43,159 nt of DNA from a virus, in the IMG/VR virus record IMGVR_UViG_3300034104_000606. The stretch is one strand, 5' to 3'. How positions within the stretch are numbered: position 1 is the first letter of the stretch; each line of letters starts with the position of its first letter. Positions 32,782 to 42,070 of the stretch are shown in pieces. The notes under the pieces are model-generated. The model worked only from the letters and a program-made list of their open reading frames with translations, did no database searches and was not told the origin of the DNA. The translations under genes and the position numbers were made by a program.

Positions 32782-34325
32782 TAGTGAGCAATGCCTCCGA
32801 ATCTAGAAGAAAAAATAATGTTCTCGGTATTAAATCTTCTACCAGCAGCATTGCTTGACGGTTTAACAGCAATACCGATAGCAGAGGCAAGAGCATCCTT
32901 GATGTCATCATGAGGAGGATTATTCGTTACAAGCTCTTCCTCAAGAAGCTGACAGTTACCACCCTTGTAATGGTAGATGGAAAGGTTATCGTACCTTGGT
33001 TCTAGGACAGCAGACATTCGCTCTTCCTTTGAACCATCATGCCTTGTCGGTCTATGCTCTTCGATCTTGAGCATCAGGCCATGAGGCTTGATATAACTGT
33101 CCTTTAACTCTTGCACAATCGCGGCCTGTGCAGCCGTTACTTCAGCCCTAAGCTTCTTGAAATCCCATTTATTAAGCAGATCAAGAATGTGTCTGAAGTA
33201 TTCTGAAATCTTGTCCGTTCTGAATCGGTCAATGTCAAGAACATAAACATTATTTTCGTAATCAACACCTATAACTACAATCGCGGTATAGTCTGCTTTA
33301 CGTCTAAGACTGTAAGCAAAGTCTACAGCAGCAAAGACATTAAGCTTTCGTTCTCTATAATACCACGAACCTGCCGTATTTGTCAAGTATTCTTTTTCAA
33401 AATACTGGAACTTATCATAGTCAATGGGTCTGTTATCCGGGTCATTCGGATCATTATAATACTGCGCCCTGAACTGGGTCTTGTCCAAGTACTGCGCTCT
33501 CTTCTTAGCAAGGATCTGAATGTCAAACCCAAAGGACTTACCATCGTGTCTTACCTGCTTCGGCCACAGAAACTCACCAGTTCCATCCCCTACGTCCTCT
33601 ACAGCCCTCTCGAAGGTTTCATAGATAGGCTCAGACCCGATTATCTCACCATCCTTGTTATAGATATCCTCCTCCATACTGAGGAGTTCTGAGTACAAGT
33701 CCTTGGGATGGTACCGTGTACCCACCACCCATTCTCTGGCGTTAGCGCCCTCAATAGAAGACAGAAGAGAATACTGAGACTTAACTTTGTCCCTACCTTC
33801 CTGAGTATACGCATTCTCATAGACGACGACATCATCGAGTACAGCAATATCACAGTGCAATCCTGTCAGTGAAGTGGTCAGACCACCAGTAAAGACTGAA
33901 GGATCACGGATGTGTTCCTCTTTTCTTCTGGGGTGATCCAGTGAGATTTCACTCATTGTCCACTTTTCTCTCTTGCCTTCGTCATCATGGATATGGTCAG
34001 GCCAATATCTCCTATGGATATCCGAAGTAAAAATAGACTTAATAAACGAAAGCTGCTTCTGGGCCAGATTAGAAGTTGCAGAGATGTACAGGATTCTCAG
34101 GGTAGGGTCTCTGGTCAACTTCCAAGCAACCCGATAAGCAATCATGGCAGACTTACCATGATCTCTGGGCAGCAGGGTAAGCTGATGAGACTTAGCATCT
34201 TCCCTGTTCCACCAACGGCAGAGTTCTTCATGGACTGAGCCAAGAACTCTCTGCGGTGCAACAAGCCTAATAAAGGTCAGAAGATCCTGTTCAGCAGCTT
34301 CTCTGATGTCTTCAATGCTTGCCAT
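32781..34325 (-). CDS. Terminase large subunit (514 aa)
   Basis: Walker A-like LLPRDHGKS and Walker B CDIAVLDDVV. C-terminal nuclease-type acidic motifs (FAAVDFAYS, DDIKDA). Confidence 0.9.
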   Translation of the reverse strand: MASIEDIREAAEQDLLTFIRLVAPQRVLGSVHEELCRWWNREDAKSHQLTLLPRDHGKSAMIAYRVAWKLTRDPTLRILYISATSNLAQKQLSFIKSIFTSDIHRRYWPDHIHDDEGKREKWTMSEISLDHPRRKEEHIRDPSVFTGGLTTSLTGLHCDIAVLDDVVVYENAYTQEGRDKVKSQYSLLSSIEGANAREWVVGTRYHPKDLYSELLSMEEDIYNKDGEIIGSEPIYETFERAVEDVGDGTGEFLWPKQVRHDGKSFGFDIQILAKKRAQYLDKTQFRAQYYNDPNDPDNRPIDYDKFQYFEKEYLTNTAGSWYYRERKLNVFAAVDFAYSLRRKADYTAIVVIGVDYENNVYVLDIDRFRTDKISEYFRHILDLLNKWDFKKLRAEVTAAQAAIVQELKDSYIKPHGLMLKIEEHRPTRHDGSKEERMSAVLEPRYDNLSIYHYKGGNCQLLEEELVTNNPPHDDIKDALASAIGIAVKPSSNAAGRRFNTENIIFSSRFGGIAH

Positions 34326-34825
34326 TACTTAACCAGCTTAAGACCAATTCTGGCTGCATCATCAAGCAAGGTCTTATTCGTCTGGACTTCCTTACGGAGT
34401 TCAGCCTGTACTTCTTCCTTGCTGGGTCTTCCTCTCTTACCCTTCTTATCAAGGTAATCGTTATCAGCAAGATACTTCATAGCCTGGAACGAAAGCTTCT
34501 CATCTTCGGTAGCAGCCTTAATGATAGACTTCATAGCTCTGGCCTTCAGCTTCAGGTTCAGTTCTTTTCTCCACTGGTCAATGTGAGGACGAATGATAGG
34601 AGATTCAAGAAGTCGCTCCCAATGCTTATAAGAGCCAAGGGCAGCATGAGCAAAATCGTACTCAGTTACATCCTCCATTTCAATATACATCTTCTTCATG
34701 GACTTGTAGACCCGGCCATCAGCCTGATGATCATTCTCTTTCAGAGTCCATGCAGTACCCATTTCTTCCCTATTCTCAGGGAGGGTAGTCTCATAGAACA
34801 AACCCTTTGTATGCGTCATACCCAT
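34325..34825 (-). CDS. Putative terminase small subunit / DNA-binding protein (166 aa)
   Basis: Directly upstream of, and overlapping, the large terminase start. Basic KKGKRGRPSKEEV segment. Assigned by position only. Confidence 0.4.
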   Translation of the reverse strand: MGMTHTKGLFYETTLPENREEMGTAWTLKENDHQADGRVYKSMKKMYIEMEDVTEYDFAHAALGSYKHWERLLESPIIRPHIDQWRKELNLKLKARAMKSIIKAATEDEKLSFQAMKYLADNDYLDKKGKRGRPSKEEVQAELRKEVQTNKTLLDDAARIGLKLVK

Positions 34826-34947
34826 TATCTTGCACCTCTCATATCAGACTTGGGTCCAAGCTTCTTCCGTACTCTGAGGTGCTTAGGCTTTGTCCTACGC
34901 TTCCTAACAATCTTGACAAGCTGGTCTCCGTCAAACTTCTTTTTCAT
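34825..34947 (-). CDS. Very basic mini-protein (40 aa)
   Basis: Below the track cutoff. Product MKKKFDGDQLVKIVRKRRTKPKHLRVRKKLGPKSDMRGAR. ATGA overlap upstream and TAATG overlap downstream. Confidence 0.45.
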   Translation of the reverse strand: MKKKFDGDQLVKIVRKRRTKPKHLRVRKKLGPKSDMRGAR

Positions 34948-35171
34948 TTACATCTCTTCTTTTTGTAATCCCATTCGCCACCCTTAAGAATACACTTTCT
35001 CCAAGCTTCTTCTTCCTCTGGTGTCATTCTCTTTGTAATAATTGGAATCATCTTCTTAAAGATTTCTTCACCCATACCTAGCCAGAATGCAGGACTTCTA
35101 GCAACCATAAAAGCCCCAGCAGTAAGACCGAGTAAAGCGCAGAGGAAAAGGATGACTCCAATCCAATCCAT
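34944..35171 (-). CDS. Small membrane protein (75 aa), lysis-cassette member
   Basis: N-terminal TM segment MDWIGVILFLCALLGLTAGAFMVA and a charged C-terminus. Confidence 0.65.
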   Translation of the reverse strand: MDWIGVILFLCALLGLTAGAFMVARSPAFWLGMGEEIFKKMIPIITKRMTPEEEEAWRKCILKGGEWDYKKKRCK

Positions 35172-35344
35172 TACTTAATTAGAGCCTTCTTGTCATAGAC
35201 AGACCAAGCAATACCAATCAATGTCATAAGCGCACCAACGGCATCGCTAACCATGCTCTGGTCAACAAAACCCTGTGCTACGACAAAGCCACCACCAAAG
35301 GTCAGGATGTGACGAATAACACCAAGAATTGATTCTTTATTCAT
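35171..35344 (-). CDS. Putative holin-like two-TM protein (57 aa)
   Basis: Below the track cutoff. Product MNKESILGVIRHILTFGGGFVVAQGFVDQSMVSDAVGALMTLIGIAWSVYDKKALIK. TAATG coupling downstream. Confidence 0.6.
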   Translation of the reverse strand: MNKESILGVIRHILTFGGGFVVAQGFVDQSMVSDAVGALMTLIGIAWSVYDKKALIK

Positions 35345-35354
35345 TTATTTTTTC

Positions 35355-35549
35355 CTATTTATTACAAGTCTTAGCTAATGCTATTACTTCAGTTTGCAGA
35401 TCTTTAACAAATTCTCTGGCATTGTTCTGGACCTGCACAATGTACCAGCCCATCCCAATGAATAGCCCAATGTTTAACAGAAGCAATCCGGTAAGAAGAG
35501 GTGAAGTTTTATAAGCTTCAAGAACTTTTCCTGCAAGTTCGTCGGTCAT
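35355..35549 (-). CDS. Small membrane protein (64 aa), possible spanin or holin component
   Basis: Central TM segment LLTGLLLLNIGLFIGMGWYIV. ATGA-type overlap with the endolysin stop. Confidence 0.65.
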   Translation of the reverse strand: MTDELAGKVLEAYKTSPLLTGLLLLNIGLFIGMGWYIVQVQNNAREFVKDLQTEVIALAKTCNK

Positions 35550-36190
35550 CCTCTGATTTCCTTTGCTAATGCTTCCAGCTTTTGGGCTACTTCTTCTCTT
35601 TTAATCCAAATAGATTCGTCTACTGTATTCGTATTTTCTTCTGAGGTATGCGCTTCATTAAAAGCAGAAAGGAACTTATCGTGGTATCCAGCAATTGTCT
35701 GAGCCTTGTCAGTACCGTTGATAATTCTTCTGGCATTCACTGGATCATTAACCGAAGAAGAAAAGTAAGTTGACAGTTTTTTACCAGTAAAGTCACCATC
35801 TCTCATGCCAACATACATAACTTCAGCAGCAATAGATGGCTCAAGGGCTTTATCTTTATTAGCCCCAAGCATGTTAACACCAAGCTTATCACCCATTTTA
35901 CGGTAATTTTCTTCCCAAGTCAACTGGACATAACCACGACCATAGTAGGGATAATACGGCTTACTCTGAAGATACGACTCGCCACCATACTCTTTAATTG
36001 GCTGCATCGTAAAAGCAGTCTCATGATATGCCGTAGCAAACGCATAAGATATCCAACGAAGATCAGACCAGTTATAATCATTCTCAAAGACATCAAGCAT
36101 ATAGTTCATGCCATCAACCTGAGACTGGCTTAACGACCCTTTGAAAAGGCTCTGTCTAATCTTGTCAAAAAAGATTTTACGGTTAATCAT
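35546..36190 (-). CDS. Endolysin, glycoside hydrolase family 19 (chitinase-like lysozyme)
   Basis: ATAYHETAFTMQPIKE and YYGRGYVQLTWEENY motifs. The ATG at 36190 overlaps the upstream stop (ATGA). The track start at 36211 is probably too long. Confidence 0.85.
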   Translation of the reverse strand: MINRKIFFDKIRQSLFKGSLSQSQVDGMNYMLDVFENDYNWSDLRWISYAFATAYHETAFTMQPIKEYGGESYLQSKPYYPYYGRGYVQLTWEENYRKMGDKLGVNMLGANKDKALEPSIAAEVMYVGMRDGDFTGKKLSTYFSSSVNDPVNARRIINGTDKAQTIAGYHDKFLSAFNEAHTSEENTNTVDESIWIKREEVAQKLEALAKEIRG

Positions 36191-36426
36191 TTTGTCTCCA
36201 TATACTGCCAAGTACCCAAAGCCAGCATAGCAAGGATACCTGTTGTTATAATCTTAGCTACTGTCTGAGCAATAGTCTTCTTTGTCTCGCGCCAATTGTA
36301 AAGAAGATCTCGCACTTCCTGAATATCCTTACCAGCGTGTTTATCGTGCAATCCTATTTTCTTAAGGGCTGCTTCTGCACCACGCTCTGCGGCTTCATCA
36401 AGAAGTGCTTTGAGATCATCAGACAT
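36187..36426 (-). CDS. Small protein with C-terminal TM anchor (79 aa), lysis-associated
   Basis: AERGAEAALKKIGLHD...VRDLLYNWRETKK followed by a TM segment IITTGILAMLALGTW. Resembles small proteins next to endolysins in alphaproteobacterial phages (from memory). Confidence 0.65.
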   Translation of the reverse strand: MSDDLKALLDEAAERGAEAALKKIGLHDKHAGKDIQEVRDLLYNWRETKKTIAQTVAKIITTGILAMLALGTWQYMETK

Positions 36427-36428
36427 TC

Positions 36429-36854
36429 TTAGACACCAAGATTACCAGCAGCAACAAAAGTATTAGCAACAGGACAGACAAGGGAGATCACCGCGTACTG
36501 GCCCATTGTACTGAACAAGCTTGAGTAACTCACCAGCGTCTGACCACCAGCAGCAACAGTGACTTTACCTGCACCACCTTGGATAATCGTGCAATTGAAA
36601 CCAACACCAAGACCAGATGCACAGGTAATTGTTACAGCAGACCCACTGGTGCAGTAGATAACCTTCTGATTATCCGAGGCAGACAGAGTTCTGCTTGTCC
36701 CTGATTCTGTGAGGATATTAGCAGTAAGCTGTGCTGCAATCATCTGGTCAACAGTAACCTTCTTTGTTGTGCTGCTCTGCACAATCGGAAGAACTTCTAT
36801 TCCTGCCAACGGTGTTGATACCGCAGTCAACTGAGAGATTTTTGTATCAGCCAT
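36429..36854 (-). CDS. Small tail-fiber-like protein (141 aa)
   Basis: N-terminal MADTKISQLTAVSTPLAGIEVLPIVQSSTTKKVTVDQM pattern is common at the N-termini of phage fiber proteins (from memory). Confidence 0.6.
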   Translation of the reverse strand: MADTKISQLTAVSTPLAGIEVLPIVQSSTTKKVTVDQMIAAQLTANILTESGTSRTLSASDNQKVIYCTSGSAVTITCASGLGVGFNCTIIQGGAGKVTVAAGGQTLVSYSSLFSTMGQYAVISLVCPVANTFVAAGNLGV

Positions 36855-36876
36855 TTATTTATCCTTACTATAGTGT

Positions 36877-38451
36877 TTAAACGCCAACTACTTCTGCCCA
36901 CGTTTCCCATGTATCGGTAGCATTTGCCGCTTTACGCAGATAAAAACTTTTTACATTGGTCGTGTTGTTTGCGGGCCAGTACACTTGGTACTTCCATTTG
37001 CGCCCGTTTTGTCCCGCTTCGCAATGTGTTTCAAGAAGCCCCTGACGCCCACTAGTATTAGGAACAGCCGTATCACCGTTTATTGTTGATCTAAAAATAC
37101 CTTGGCGAGCAAACTCACTAGGAAGATTGTCAGCATTAAACGTAGTAGGCGAGGTATCACCATTGGTGATGTTACCTGTGTCATCAGTTCTCCAAGCCGG
37201 AAACTGATGTGTGACTGCGCTGGTATTGTTCATATAAGTACAAGTTGAACCATCAGTGCCACCAGCTGAACCAACAGCATAGGTGCTTACGTTCACAAAC
37301 GTATTACCTGTGATTGACACGTTTGAAAGAGTGCCGCCAGAAATACCACACAAAAATCCGTAGGTAGTGTAATTTGAAAAAGTGTTACCGGAAATTGTAA
37401 TACCGCTACCGTCACGCAAGTTAAACGCTCTATCGGTTACGCTAGCGCCATCAAAAGTATTTCCAATAATGGATAGGTCTTTAATACTATCTCCGGCAGA
37501 AAAGCCAAACAACGTTCCACCACGTATTATATTGTTAGAAAAACATCCGCCATGTAGTTTTGGGTAAAATTGACCTCCGCCTCCAGTACCAACTGACGTA
37601 TTCCCAATAACATTAAGATTGTGGTTTGACGTATAAGTTCCATCAACAAGAAACGTTACCATGCGTTGAGTAGCATTTACAATGTTGTTACTAAAAGTAA
37701 AATTAGTAGGGTCAACTGTTAAAGTCTTGCCAACAACAGCAACGCTGAACACACCTACAGCCGCGTCCGTATCCTCAAAACTGTTTCCAATGACTGAAAT
37801 GTTTCTGACTGTATTTGCGTTGACGTTTGGTTCAATATCAATTGGCCCCGGCATGTTTGACCGAGTAAGGCGTTTAAAGGAGCAGCCGCTTACTTTTAGA
37901 CCATCACAATCAATAGCACTAATACCATTGCGATTATCTTTGTTAACACCGTCAAACAAACAGTTTGTAACAGATACATTAATATTATGGCGCGTGTTGT
38001 CGGAGTGCGCTCCAAGATACAGGCCATCACCTTGGAAGCCTACAAATTGCACTCCATCAATTAAAAGATTGCGGACGCCATTGACGTTAATCAGATGAAC
38101 AAATTCACTAAACCCGGATGCTGCAACCGCGCCTAGCAGCTTAAAGTTTGAAAGTGTAATGTCTTCTAGATAGCTTCCAGCGCCAGAAGAAAGACCGTAT
38201 AGTCCAGATTGTCCAGCCGGAAATGACAGGATAGATGAAGGACCAGCACCATAAATTGATACACCAGAACGCAATGTAATAAAATTTGTTGTAAATACAC
38301 CAGATGGTATATAAATACTGTTAGCTGCTTGAATAGCCGCATTGATCGCTGTAGTATTATCTGCAGCAGAATTTGACGGAGAGGCACCAAAATCCAAAAT
38401 GTTGGCGGTTGCGCCTTCAATCATGGAGTATGTTACTTTAGTCAAAGCCAT
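36877..38451 (-). CDS. Right-handed beta-helix (pectate-lyase-like) tailspike/depolymerase (524 aa)
   Basis: ILDFGASPSNSAADNTTAINAAIQAANSIYIPSGVF opening motif, followed by repeated Asn/Gly-rich beta-helix rungs (ISVIGNSF, ITISGNTF, VSITGNTF). Confidence 0.75.
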   Translation of the reverse strand: MALTKVTYSMIEGATANILDFGASPSNSAADNTTAINAAIQAANSIYIPSGVFTTNFITLRSGVSIYGAGPSSILSFPAGQSGLYGLSSGAGSYLEDITLSNFKLLGAVAASGFSEFVHLINVNGVRNLLIDGVQFVGFQGDGLYLGAHSDNTRHNINVSVTNCLFDGVNKDNRNGISAIDCDGLKVSGCSFKRLTRSNMPGPIDIEPNVNANTVRNISVIGNSFEDTDAAVGVFSVAVVGKTLTVDPTNFTFSNNIVNATQRMVTFLVDGTYTSNHNLNVIGNTSVGTGGGGQFYPKLHGGCFSNNIIRGGTLFGFSAGDSIKDLSIIGNTFDGASVTDRAFNLRDGSGITISGNTFSNYTTYGFLCGISGGTLSNVSITGNTFVNVSTYAVGSAGGTDGSTCTYMNNTSAVTHQFPAWRTDDTGNITNGDTSPTTFNADNLPSEFARQGIFRSTINGDTAVPNTSGRQGLLETHCEAGQNGRKWKYQVYWPANNTTNVKSFYLRKAANATDTWETWAEVVGV

Positions 38452-38460
38452 GATAAATCC

Positions 38461-39648
38461 TTATTTTGAAAAGGCTTGAAGTTCAGCATTGGTTAGACGT
38501 TGCGGCCAATAGCGAATTGATTGCAGCCAACCATTCAATGTTACGGTAGATGCTGGGCTATTGCGGCCGATATCCATTGACGAAATGCCCGTTGGCAATG
38601 CCCCAGCGCCCGAAACCGCAACAGTCCCTCCATTACATGAAATGCCGACACCATTAGAAGAATATGCGGAGGCAACTCCGTATGTTGAACCGCCATTTCC
38701 GGTCGTCGTGCTGCCCAGCACAGGAGTATTAATTGTCATGCGGTTATTGGTTTCTTGGTACAGACGGATGCGGTTGGTCGTTGTGCCATCCGAAACACCA
38801 AGAATGTTCGTCACTAAACCAGTAGCAAAACGAGTGCCCCGAGCAGCAAACGTACCTTCGCTGGCGTTATACCAATCGCTGAAATTGGTTCCTGTCATGC
38901 TGACGACATCGGCATTTCGCGTCAGGCTTGTCGTCGTCGTAGGAATATAGCTCGTAGCGAAGGCACCGACTTCAATTTGCGCCCCGTAGAACGCCATCTT
39001 TCCAGTGTTGCTGCCAATGCTATAGATGTTAAGCGACAAAGTAGACGCCGTAGTTACAGTCACCTTGAAGCGATAGTACCCGTTAGGCCCAGCTTCTACA
39101 GTACCAACGCTGTTAGCGCCGTTTACGATAGCCAAGGTGTTCATGTTTATGGTTGAGTTAGTCGTGCTAAACCCTAAACGAAACACTAGGTTGCCGGAAA
39201 TAGGTTTGAAATAAAGCGATGCTGTGTATGTGCCTGCGGCAAAAGTCGCGGCAGAATAGACACCAAATCCGTTGCTGGCCCCCGATACTTCCATGGTGCA
39301 GGCATTTGTAGTGCCGTCTGGCGAAGAAACCTGATCGGCTAAAACTGTCGGTGATCCGTTGACTACCCAGTATGTTGCGTTAGTAAAATCATTGCTGCTG
39401 GGCAGCGCATTTGCCCGCGTCTCTTCGATAAGCAAACCTTTGCATGTTCCAATGGTGACGGGGTCGTAATCAAAACGCGGTAGATTTGCGTTTACCGTCT
39501 CAATAAACCCACTGCTGTTTATGCGCGTGGCTGTGTCAAGCGCGCGGGAAACAGTTACGCGGCTATCCAAAGATGCCGTCGTAAAATCCAAAGCCAAACG
39601 CGGGAGGACACGTTCAGTGGCAGTCAAGTTGTATCCTGGCGTAAGCAT
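38461..39648 (-). CDS. Tail fiber / receptor-binding protein with lectin-like C-terminal domain (395 aa)
   Basis: PRFDYDPVT...GLLIEETRAN, QIEVGAFATSYIPTT and C-terminal IRYWPQRLTNAELQAFSK motifs recur in phage fiber proteins (from memory). Confidence 0.7.
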   Translation of the reverse strand: MLTPGYNLTATERVLPRLALDFTTASLDSRVTVSRALDTATRINSSGFIETVNANLPRFDYDPVTIGTCKGLLIEETRANALPSSNDFTNATYWVVNGSPTVLADQVSSPDGTTNACTMEVSGASNGFGVYSAATFAAGTYTASLYFKPISGNLVFRLGFSTTNSTINMNTLAIVNGANSVGTVEAGPNGYYRFKVTVTTASTLSLNIYSIGSNTGKMAFYGAQIEVGAFATSYIPTTTTSLTRNADVVSMTGTNFSDWYNASEGTFAARGTRFATGLVTNILGVSDGTTTNRIRLYQETNNRMTINTPVLGSTTTGNGGSTYGVASAYSSNGVGISCNGGTVAVSGAGALPTGISSMDIGRNSPASTVTLNGWLQSIRYWPQRLTNAELQAFSK

Positions 39649-39651
39649 TAT

Positions 39652-41718
39652 CTACACCGCAAATATGTCAAGTTTTGCGTTGCCAAACAGCGTAGCAGAG
39701 GCAACAGTGGCTTGAACCTCAATAAGTAGCTGCTGGCTTGCGTTGACAGTGACTAGATCAGATGCAGTAAACGCCCAGCGGTCTGCGCCGACACCAGAAG
39801 GCCAATCCCAATACCAAGTACGAATTACAGACCCCGCACGCACCAAGTTAACAACAATGCGTTCGCCAGCAGGGACACTCGTAAGATTGAAGTTTATGTT
39901 GAAGAAATAAAACCCGTTGTGCGGAGCGGTCAAAACGCCCGTAGTGGTATTATAGTCGGTCCAGCCTGTAGCCGAAACATTCTGGTCAAAAATCCACGTC
40001 GAGAGTGTGTTAGTGATCGCTTGGTTGCTTTGACTAGACCAAGCAAATTTGGTTGGGGATGCTGTTTTCTCGGCACCAAAACGATCCGAAACGTAGTTCT
40101 TGTACCTGCGATCAAGAAGAGCCGCAGACTGTTCTGTAACAGTAACTCCCGCTGAATTAAGCAGCGAGTAACCTTTAATGGTGTTGCCCTGTACATTTGA
40201 AGAAGCAGAACCAAAACTGTATAGCGTCACAGGAGACGTAATTCCTGTTTCAACTCTATGGTAGAAATTGGCCATTTCCATCCCCAGAATAACGTTGGCG
40301 CCGTCGCCCAATACATGTGTTAGTTGCGTCTCAACCGTGTTTAATACGCGGCTTATCAAACGCATGTTTTGAAATACGCCGCTGTTGACGCGGCTTATAC
40401 GAATGCCAGCAGTTGCGTTACCATCTATTTCGCACTGGCTAAAAAAACCGTTCGTAAGCGTAATGCTGGCCGAACCAGTGTAGTTGATACCGTAACGGCC
40501 GTTTGCGGCGATTGCCGCATTAGTAACGCGCCACCCATTAGTGTTGACATACAAACCGTCCAAGCCGTTGCGTTCAAAACGCCCGCCATTGATAATCCAG
40601 TTTGCATATCCGGTGTTGTTAGCGCCATAGACGCCATACTCACCCATAAAATCTATCTGAACGCTGTTTAACGCCCAATTAACAGAGGCGTAAGCATCCG
40701 GGTTTGCGTCGATGTCTGTCCGTAACGGAATGTAAAGGCCATTTTTTGTGAACGAAGCAGAGCCAAAATTACCAATCAGCAAGTTGCTATGCGTTGCAAA
40801 CCACCACCCATTACATGTGATGGCGTTTTCAACCGCCGCGCCGAGTGCAGTTGTAATCTGAAAATCGCGGAACCCGCCACCGTATTGAAATCTATTTTTC
40901 TGGAGAGATGATCCATCAATATCAAAGGCGGTTGTACCTGTAAAATCGGCAATGATCGAACTGTCGTAAATGCCGGTTCCAACAATCTGCAAGCCGCTAG
41001 AGCTACCCTGCGTTTGATAGACAAGCGGCGCGGTTATCCGAAAATTTCCGTTCAGTAGAATAGGTATGCCATTTGTCTTAAAAGAGTTAATCGCGGCTTG
41101 AATAGCGGCCGTATCGTCCGCAACGCCATCGCCTACGGCACCAAAGTCCTTGACTGAAACAGTCTCCTTAAGCTTATTAGCAACTGAAGTTGTAACTGCT
41201 CCAGATCCGGCAGGAGTATAAGTTACAGAGGTAGCGTCTGTTGTACCTGAGATAGCATTAATAGTAAGGGCTACGAAGTCAACGATAGCTCCTACGTGGA
41301 GACCAACAGAGAATGTTACCCTTGTAGCATTAGTCTCAGAGTATGTAGTCGGATTCTGGTATACACCATCGACGTAGACCGAAAGATTGTTAATCCCCGG
41401 TGTGTATGTAATATTAGAAAGATTAAAGACTGTCTGACCTGAGGTAGCTACCTGTGTCTCTTTCGTAACACCATTGTACTGGATAGTACCCGGTGAGACT
41501 GGCTGGCCATTAATGTAGAGACCCTCAACGCTGAGGGTGTTGACATTAAGGATGTCATTAGAATCCATGTCAAGGTCAGCATCCATAAAGTTAGGAGTAC
41601 TGCCATCTCTGGACAAGACATTATCAAAAGCATCACGCAGGTTCTGGAAGTTTGTATTCAAAACATCCGTAGACTGGTACCCAGAAGTAACTGTTGTGAT
41701 ATTCGGTTTCTTAGCCAT
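39652..41718 (-). CDS. Tailspike: conserved N-terminal anchor plus pectate-lyase-like beta-helix depolymerase (688 aa)
   Basis: Real start MAKKPNITTVTSGYQ at 41718 with an AGGA SD. LSRDGSTPNFMDADLDMDSNDILNV is an anchor motif. VKDFGAVGDGVADDTAAIQAAINSF opens the beta-helix. Confidence 0.8.
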   Translation of the reverse strand: MAKKPNITTVTSGYQSTDVLNTNFQNLRDAFDNVLSRDGSTPNFMDADLDMDSNDILNVNTLSVEGLYINGQPVSPGTIQYNGVTKETQVATSGQTVFNLSNITYTPGINNLSVYVDGVYQNPTTYSETNATRVTFSVGLHVGAIVDFVALTINAISGTTDATSVTYTPAGSGAVTTSVANKLKETVSVKDFGAVGDGVADDTAAIQAAINSFKTNGIPILLNGNFRITAPLVYQTQGSSSGLQIVGTGIYDSSIIADFTGTTAFDIDGSSLQKNRFQYGGGFRDFQITTALGAAVENAITCNGWWFATHSNLLIGNFGSASFTKNGLYIPLRTDIDANPDAYASVNWALNSVQIDFMGEYGVYGANNTGYANWIINGGRFERNGLDGLYVNTNGWRVTNAAIAANGRYGINYTGSASITLTNGFFSQCEIDGNATAGIRISRVNSGVFQNMRLISRVLNTVETQLTHVLGDGANVILGMEMANFYHRVETGITSPVTLYSFGSASSNVQGNTIKGYSLLNSAGVTVTEQSAALLDRRYKNYVSDRFGAEKTASPTKFAWSSQSNQAITNTLSTWIFDQNVSATGWTDYNTTTGVLTAPHNGFYFFNINFNLTSVPAGERIVVNLVRAGSVIRTWYWDWPSGVGADRWAFTASDLVTVNASQQLLIEVQATVASATLFGNAKLDIFAV

Positions 41719-41725
41719 ACTGATC

Positions 41726-42070
41726 CTATTCCAGAAGAATGAAGCTAGAGTTTTCCTGAAGGAGGTTAAACCCATCCTCAGTCTCAAGATTAAAGAAGGA
41801 CTGGTCAAGACCATCCATATAGAAAGCCCCAGAAGGAGCATGAAGACTACGACCACCATAGGGGATAATACCTCGGACAGCACCGCAGGGATGATAGAGA
41901 GGTCCATCCTCCTTGACCACATTCATGGACCCATCAGGGGCATACAGACCAGTATAGGTACTACCAGAGACAAGAGTAATCCTGACAGAACCATCAGCAG
42001 CATACCTTCCAGTACCTGTCGTGTCATTGACAGTTACATAAAGATTCCCTGCTGGTGAGTAGACACCCAT
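41726..42070 (-). CDS. First late-arm protein (114 aa), probable fiber-associated/adaptor protein
   Basis: Internal repeats G.Y..DGS (GRYAADGSVRI, GLYAPDGSMNV). C-terminal FNLETEDGFNLLQE...ILLE motif. AGGGG SD. Confidence 0.65.
   Translation of the reverse strand: MGVYSPAGNLYVTVNDTTGTGRYAADGSVRITLVSGSTYTGLYAPDGSMNVVKEDGPLYHPCGAVRGIIPYGGRSLHAPSGAFYMDGLDQSFFNLETEDGFNLLQENSSFILLE

Noticed and set aside
31456-32784. 442-aa plus-strand ORF antisense to the portal gene, with similar long antisense ORFs at 21877..22713, 34319..34987 and 22406..22834
   Set aside because: These are the same codon-bias artefact. They lack start context, have low-complexity Ser/Leu/Ile/Arg-rich products and fully overlap well-supported minus-strand genes.
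33355-33390. TTGACA-N18-TGgTATTAT promoter-like sequence on the minus strand inside the large terminase gene
   Set aside because: It lies deep in coding sequence with an 18-nt spacer and no obvious downstream unit needing its own promoter. It is plausibly a chance match in AT-rich DNA. I kept it as a note only.
41719-41922. 68-codon N-terminal extension of the tailspike ORF
   Set aside because: It would overlap almost all of the C-terminal half of the upstream 114-aa gene. The ATG at 41718 has an SD and starts the conserved fiber anchor sequence MAKKPNITT.
36877-41922. Diversity-generating retroelement or phase-variable repeats in the receptor-binding genes
   Set aside because: There is no reverse transcriptase ORF anywhere in the window. 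I also saw no template/variable repeat pair or invertible-segment inverted repeats around the fiber genes.
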